Shown piece after piece: positions 38,415 through 64,000 of a stretch of DNA of 64,000 bases (positions are counted from its first letter, which is position 1; each line of letters opens with the position of its first letter). The notes below the pieces were generated by a model. It searched no databases and had not been told where the DNA came from. It worked only from the letters and a program-made list of their open reading frames with translations. This DNA is from the human T2T-CHM13v2.0 reference genome, Homo sapiens: NCBI RefSeq assembly GCF_009914755.1, contig NC_060934.1; one strand, 5' to 3'. Made by a program: the position numbers and the translations under genes.

Positions 38415-38771
<357 letters not shown>

Positions 38772-38919
38772 TCACATGTCTCAAAGATTCTACAGTGTAA
38801 GTCCAAAGAGTTTCAATGGTTAGGCTAGCTTTGGGGTAGATGTTTCAGAGGATCCTGATACAGAGCTGTAAGTGGATCTAAAATTCTACCTTAGAAGTGG
38901 GAGTTGCTAGAGAAAGTAA

Positions 38920-39294
<375 letters not shown>

Positions 39295-39569
39295 TAAGTG
39301 CTGGGATTACAGGCATGAGCCACCAGGCCCGGCCCAAATATCTTTTTTAAAAAAAAAACATTCATCCACTTCTCTGCCTTTGTGAGGAAGAACACAATCA
39401 AATCAAAGTATCTGCTGCATTAAAAGGACACTGCTATCTCTGCCCAACATTTCTGAGGGACATTTCTCTGAAAGCACTGGTAACATAAATACTTAGGAAC
39501 CAGGTATAAAGGAATACTGATCCCAGCGCAAACACTGACAGGTTTTTTTAAATTAAAAGAATCCTTGTG

Positions 39570-46215
<6,646 letters not shown>

Positions 46216-47047
46216 AATATTTTCTTGAACTATTAGTATTAATTAGGATGAAATCTCAGACCAAAATCAACTTAACATGAAAACCTTATGTAAAAAACTA
46301 TTCAATAAAATTGCAAATGGAGAATTTTCTCTACTTTAACATGTGTAACATAGTTTAGACAAGAAAAACTAAAATAGTACTAAAAATCTTTCCCTTGGAT
46401 CATTTGGCATAAATATAAGAACTAATTCAAAAACTGACACATCTAATAAACCAATAACCATCCAACTTCACATTTCACGAAATAATTTTAAAAGAGTCAT
46501 ATACACACATATTAAATTCATTTAATACTGGATAAACTTATTAAGCCTAATTCTTTTATAAGTAATAACATAAAAAAATCTTACCTGATTAAAGGCAAAG
46601 TTAAACATCAAAATCTGGACATTTTAAAACTAAAATACACTAAAATTACATTAAAAAATTTAATGATAAACTGAAGAATTTTATAATGTCTGTATTTTGG
46701 ACATAATAACTATAATTCATGTTGTCTCACTTAATGTTAAAATAAGAATGTTTATCACTCCTTTTCACTGAGAAAAATTTGATTCTCAACCCTGTAAGGC
46801 CCTAAAGTAAGTAGAAATGGAACTCTTTGAAAATATCTGTATTTAGGGATAAGGCTATTGTTACAGGCTTTTTAAGCATAGTAGTTTGTAAAAGGCATGA
46901 TTTGTCCATCTAATTCTAGGCAATAATAAACAAAGCAGGGTTCTGTTTTACAGACTGCACGACTAAGTCATCCTTTTGGCTGATGGAAAGACCCAGGGTT
47001 TAAAATGACTCAGCAAAAAGCAAAGCCGTGAATATGACTTGGTATCA

Positions 47048-47314
<267 letters not shown>

Positions 47315-47461
47315 TCAGAAGAAATTAAAAATCCATCAGCTGGGTTATTTGATACAGTTAGGTAAATACAGAAATACAATGTTCCTATTATCCATTGTGG
47401 CAGAATTACTATCTGTCCACCAAATCCATTCTCATCCTCCAAAATAAGAGAGCTGCACTTA

Positions 47462-47596
<135 letters not shown>

Positions 47597-47754
47597 TTAA
47601 AAAAAAAAAAAAAAACAAAAACTGTGGCGCCCTAGCAGGGCAATGTACTGCCAGTCCCTTTACAAGTGGTGACCAAGCTCCTGCCAACAGAACATAACAC
47701 AACTGATACGTCCAATTATGCCTCACTAGTTTTAAAGGAAACTTGCGACCCTGA

Positions 47755-48506
<752 letters not shown>

Positions 48507-48686
48507 CCGAAAGAAACAGACTTTTATCTTTCTTTTAGTTATTGCATTTTGGTATCTTTTTGTCATAGCTGTTTATTCCTTTACTCTAATGAGTACATCA
48601 CTCCTAGTTCCAGGCACAGATAATTCAGAAGCCTGTAACAAGTCAAATAAACAACCAAATATAAACACTACAAAAGAAAGAGAGGC

Positions 48687-54689
<6,003 letters not shown>

Positions 54690-55124
54690 ATGATGTATAA
54701 TGAATTACAAAGAGACGCAATTCAGGAAACACTTGATGCCACGTAAAATGCAAAAATCACATAACTACTTTATTTTGCAATGTTAATGAATCCCCTTTTA
54801 TAAAGGCAATATGCTTAGAATAGTGCTTTCCATGTAACAGGCACCAAATACAATTTAGATTCTTTTTTCTTTAACCAATCGAAATCACCCTTTTCTGATC
54901 ACAGATTAAGCCAATCAACTTCAAACTTATGAATAGAATCCTGTCCATAATCCAATAAATTGCTAATTGAAGACAAATGACTTCTGCCTTAGAAGATACC
55001 TTCTCTTTATAACCACGAAAACTGAAAGAGGACAGCACAGGATACTCTGTCATTCTATTCTTTGTGTAATGACACAGTGTCAGCAAACCAGACCCCATTT
55101 TTCTCATCCTCTGCCAATCCAACG

Positions 55125-55915
<791 letters not shown>

Positions 55916-56623
55916 TCAAGTATCAGTGAACCTTTGGGAGTCTGCGATCATTCTAAAATTAACACGCAAAATGTGCTGGGCATGGTGGCTCACGCCTGAA
56001 ATCCCAGCACTTTGAGGTGGGTAGATCACGAGTTCGAGAGTAGCGCGGCCAACATGGTGAAACCCCGTCTCTACTAAAAACACAAAAATTAACCAGGCCT
56101 AGCGGTGGGCATCTGTAGTCCCGGATACTCAGGTGGCTAAGGCAAGAGCACTGCTAGAACCCAGGAGGCGGACACTGCAGTGAGCTGAGATCACACCACT
56201 GCACTCCAGCCTGGGTGACACAGCAAGACTCAGTCTCGGTGGGGAGGATATGCAAAATGTTACATATTTTTGTCTACATCCCTTTGGGCAGGAGGCCAGC
56301 TCTCATTGACTTCTCAAAATGGTTTGCAACCCAAAAACAAGTTAAGAGCAACCAAGGGAGACAGCTTTGAGGACCAAACAAAAAAACTAATGGACAAAAA
56401 ACTGTTTAATTTTTTAATTTTTCATTTCTTAAAGTAAAACTGTCTTTTAATTTTATGAGTATATATACACATTGAAATTGGGGGCAAATACATGCTTCAA
56501 AATGTTAATGCACTTTTCACATTTTCTATCAAAAAAAAAGGTTCAGGTGCAGTAGTAGCTCACACCTATAATCCCAGCACTTTGGGAGGCTGAGGCAGGA
56601 GGCTCCTTTGAGCCTAGAAGTTG

Positions 56624-56692
56624 GAGATCAGCCTAGGAAACATGGCGAGATCAGCCTAGGAAACATGGTGAGATCTGCCTAGGAAACATGGC
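56624..56692. repeat. 23-bp tandem repeat x3 inside an AluJ-like element (56540-56890)
   Basis: gagatc(a/t)gcctaggaaacatgg(c/t) x3. Confidence 0.92.
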
Positions 56693-57132
56693 AAGACCCC
56701 TTTTCTATAAAAAAAAATGTAATTTGCCAGGCCTGGTGGTGTGTACCTACAGTCCCAGCTACTTGGGAGGCTGAGGTGGGAGGATTACTTGAGCCTGGCA
56801 GGCAGGCTGCAGTGAGCCATGGTTGTGCTACTGCATTCCAGCCTGAGCAAGACCCTGTCTCAAAAAAAAAAAAGAAAAAAGAAGAAAAAGATGATGATGA
56901 CCTTATAACCAGAATAAGAGAGAAGATTTTTCTATGTTAGGGTGAGGTGAGAAGGTACATGGAAAATCCAAAAGATTATGAAAAAATCCAACGAAGACTT
57001 TGTAGGAAAATAGACTTTGGTTTAAGTTTCCCATTTAAGAAAACTGGACTCTGGGCCAGGTGCAGTGGCTCACGCCTGTAATATCAGCACTTTGGGAGGC
57101 TGAGGCAGGTGGATCATGAGGTCAGGAGTTCA

Positions 57133-57405
<273 letters not shown>

Positions 57406-57409
57406 TTAA

Positions 57410-57651
57410 TTTTTTTTTCAACTTTTATTTTAGATTCAGGGGGTATAGGTACAGGCTGGTGACCTGGATATACTGCATGATGCTGAGGTTTGCAATATGG
57501 ATGATCCCACCACCCAGGTACTGATCGTCATACCAAGTTGGTTTTTCAACCCTTAGCTCACGCCCTCCCTCCTCCTCTAGTAGTCTCCAGCTTCTACTTT
57601 TGCCATCTTTATGTCTGAGTACCCAAGGTTTAGCTCCCACTTATAAGTGAG
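57410..57651 (-). mobile_element. L1PA/L1PB 3' end (resumes after the LTR at 58259)
   Basis: caacttttattttagattcagggg ... ctcccacttataagtgag|LTR|tgagaacgtg. Confidence 0.8.
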
Positions 57652-58258
57652 TGAGGTGGGAAATTAAAGAAAAATAAAATTAAAAAGAAAGATAAATAAG
57701 CTTTCCTGTATTAGGCCGACTTGTCCCAGAGGCAGCAACAGGCACGGCCCAGACCCAGGAAAAGCCTTGATAATATTATCTAGTGTGCTCTGGAGATTCT
57801 CCCAGCACTCAACATGCAGAGAAGAAAAAATAAATTTTCCTTTGTTTTACGGAATGAGTTCATAGATTCCTGTTCTCTGTAACTAGTGACTTCAAGTATT
57901 CTGTTTTATCTGAGAAGTACAATGAATGTCATGAGAAGCCTGAGTAGGCCTGAACTGCAGCTGCCTGGGCACCATAGTGAAGATTATGGGATAAGCCCAG
58001 GCAAACCTAGATAACGGACATCTGGGTTGCTTGGCAACGGTCATGTGCAATCCTGAGTTTGTCCTGCCTCTGTATCCCTGCTTTCACGCCACTGTAAGCT
58101 TGCTTCAAGCTAGCCCACCCCCTTCTGTGAACTGTGTATAAAAGTCTTTGTTCCGGGCCCAGTCTTTTAGACGTTGAGTCAGCTGGGCCTAAGTGCACTC
58201 AATAAAGTTTCTCCTGTTTTAACCCGAGGTCTCTCTTGTCCTCCTGAATCCCACAACA
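57652..58258 (+). mobile_element. ERV1-type solo LTR (607 bp) inserted in the L1 3' end
   Basis: TG...CA ends, 4-bp TSD tgag (57648-51, 58259-62), tataaaa near 58137, aataaa at 58201. Confidence 0.88.
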
Positions 58259-58689
58259 TGAGAACGTGAACCTACCAAGTAATTTATAGGAGCCTGTAGC
58301 ATTGCTTGAACACAAGCACTGTGTCAAGCAATACACCAGAATGCAGAAAATTCTAAGCTAAGTCCTATAATATTTAATATCCAAAAGTAATGTGAATATT
58401 TACCAACATTTTCCCAATATTTCATGGCATTCATTGACAAGATTGCTAAATTAAGAGGGTATTTTTTTCACATATTTATATCTGAACCAATCAAACAATA
58501 TTACTAAAACCTACTGATCAGCACATAAATACAGCATCAGTATGAAGAAAAGACATAACTCATTTACTTTTCCTTTTAAAGGACATCTACCTAGAGCGGA
58601 AATAAACATTAAAAAAGCACAAGAGACTACTAAAATATTATACACAATCTTCATACTATAAATCCTCTTTCTACTAATTAAAATTCTTA

Positions 58690-58794
<105 letters not shown>

Positions 58795-59530
58795 TCACTT
58801 GCACCAAAACAGCCTAGCACAGGAGCATTAAATTAAGGTTAAAAATCTAATCAACATTGTAGAAATGCATGTAGGTTTAATTACTCTTCATAAGCCAAAT
58901 AATCTTCAAAGTGCGTGTAGCAAAGTTTAGAACCCTGCCTTTTATTTCCTAAAGCTTTACTTGTGTACCCCACGGCCAATCATCTCAGTTCCCCTCTCAC
59001 CAGCATCTGCCACCCCTGCTCTGCCTTCACCTGCCACCAATCCCCAATACCACAAGGGCAATGAGAGAAATGCCCACGATGCTGTGGGACTCATGTATGT
59101 GATGCCTGTGACAACCACACTTGGGTATTCCACATGCACCAGCACGGAGTACCCCAAAACTAACCCGCTTCTTTCCACGCATTCCAGGTCTATGGTACTA
59201 ACAGAACTGTTCATTCTGTTCTCAAGTCAGAGACCTGGGAGTCATTTTAAACTCCTCCCTGGAATTCACCTCTATATCCTATTAGCAAGCTTTCCTTCAT
59301 TTTAAACCCTATCCTAAATTGTCCCCTCTTCTCTATCACCATTGCCACTAAGGTGACAGTCCTCATCATCGCACATCTGGATAGCGCAATAACCTTTGAA
59401 CTCATCTTCCTGCCTCTATGACCCCCCCTCAAATACCTCTCAGCCATCTGAACAATCTTTTCTAAAACAAATTCCTTCACATTTCTCTCTTACCATAAAA
59501 TCCTTCCATGACTGCCTTCTAAAAAGTTCT

Positions 59531-62601
<3,071 letters not shown>

Positions 62602-63539
62602 TCAGAGATATGACAGGCTTGATAGAGCAGAATATAGTGGGAAAAGCATGGCACTGGAGTCCAACAGAAATATCCCGACACCTGGAAGGCACTCACTCAC
62701 ACTAAGGAGTTACCCAATAAGCCTCAATTTCATCATCTGTAAATAAAAAAATAAAACTCACCTACCAAGTAAGTAGATGCCCCATAATAAAGAGTATTAA
62801 AATTAAAATCGAGATACTAGAAATTGATGATTATTTTCTCTTGATGGAAAGGTTGCAGGCAGGTTTCTTCGACAAAACGTGAAATACAAGACATTTATGT
62901 TAGCCAATTTTCTCTTATCACAATTATTGGAAAAAAATAAGTAATGACCTATTAAAATATTAATTTTAGGCACGTTTAATGTAACTTATTGATTTGATAA
63001 ATATTATAGCCAAAATACAAAAATTCTGAAAAAGAGAAGGTAGAAATCCACAATACTCTAAGGCCATATTACCACTGTCACTATTTGGTGTACTTCCGGG
63101 CCTTCTTCCTTTCAGAACTGTAATCATGTCGCATAAGCCATTTGCATCCTGTTGATTTTCTCCGTTTAAGTCCAAACTGGAAGCATTTTTCCATTTAGTC
63201 TTCATAATCCTCACTTCTAACGATTGCATAACTGTCTACTCAAAACCGCTGCCCACAAGTAGCACTTAATAAACACTTTTAATGAAGGAGCAAATGCACA
63301 CACCGTTATCGACCAAATCATTCCCCACTTACACCTTTTTCATGGAAAATGCCTGTGTGTTTTCATGCGAATCTCGTTTTCCACAAAGCTAGACTGTTCT
63401 ATTAAAATAATAGAGTCTACATTCTATATTGGCAAATGCATGGCAAGAGAGGAAATAAACACGATGTTTTGTTTACCAGCAACAAATCTCCCCCAAAGAA
63501 ATCTGAATCACGATGGAAAAACAAAACAAACTTGTGGGC

Positions 63540-64000
63540 TGGCTTTGCTGTCGTCCGGGTGGGTGGAGGAAAGACACGGCATATAAGCAAATGGTAAAAA
63601 TTTCAAACAGATCAGGACAAACAGAATCCCTCGCCGGTAGCGACCGCGGTCACCAGTTTCTTGTCCTTTTTTTTTTTAACTTTTTTTTTTTTTAACCCAG
63701 AGATGCAAAGGGCTCATCCTTCCTGTACATTCGTCCAGGGAAGTCTGATTCATACATGACCGGCACCTGTGTGCACACCCACAGCTCCCTCTGCACCGCG
63801 TTTCGCCCTCGCTCCCGGGACGCTCCCACCGCAGCACCCACCGGTCAGCCCCGGCCATTAACTACGGCTCTGGGGCGTTCCCTGGCACTGCGCGCCGTCC
63901 TTCACCTCACACAATCTACCCCAGACGGGCGTCCGTCTCCCGACTCTGGGGAGACCACCACGATTTCGAGAGTCCGGGCACCGGTTAGGATTTTCCTGCA
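63540..64000. promoter_or_regulatory. ATE1: Edge of ATE1 promoter CpG island (intron 1 side)
   Basis: Sharp rise in GC and CpG density in non-repeat sequence 3 kb upstream of exon 2; no exon 1 coding sequence found in the window. Confidence 0.85.

Noticed and set aside
58957-59480. Overlapping 77-114 aa ORFs in intron 2
   Set aside because: No recognisable protein; partly L2-like sequence; non-ATG starts
62755-62770. Strong minus-strand donor TAG|gtgagt in intron 1
   Set aside because: Lies in a MIR-like remnant and no matching acceptor or TSS is identifiable
63676-63858. 60-aa minus-strand ORF in the CpG island as a possible ATE1 exon 1
   Set aside because: Lacks the N-terminal CGYC motif; the coding first exon must lie beyond the window

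Overview
Human-type (primate), Alu-dense genomic DNA containing the 5' part of ATE1 (arginyl-tRNA--protein transferase 1, Arg/N-degron pathway) on the minus strand. Coding exons 2-6, the tandem 129-nt mutually exclusive exons 7a/7b and the 33-nt exon 8 were located by splice sites, reading phase and protein sequence. Exon 1 is not in the window, which ends in the CpG-island flank; exon 9 lies to the left. The rest is intron: about 60 Alus (roughly 4:1 antisense to ATE1), L1/L2/MIR remnants, three solo LTRs and several DNA transposons. The main signal is a network of complementary pre-mRNA elements around 7a/7b. An intronic element (R3) pairs with either exon's acceptor (R1, R4), and an R2:R5 pair spans about 28 kb; to my knowledge these were published (Kalinina et al. 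2021, NAR). Three things I do not recall being described: (i) R3 complementarity extends about 40 nt into both exons via G.U-compatible changes; (ii) R5 can also pair with the 7a acceptor/branch region, because R1/R2/R4 share a core; (iii) a candidate sixth element about 490 nt upstream of exon 8 is antisense to the start of 7a/7b and nests perfectly with R2:R5 and R3:R4. Also noted: a frame-preserving 186-nt cryptic exon containing a CTCF-like site, and a probable distant branch point at exon 8. All pairings were read by eye; none were computed.
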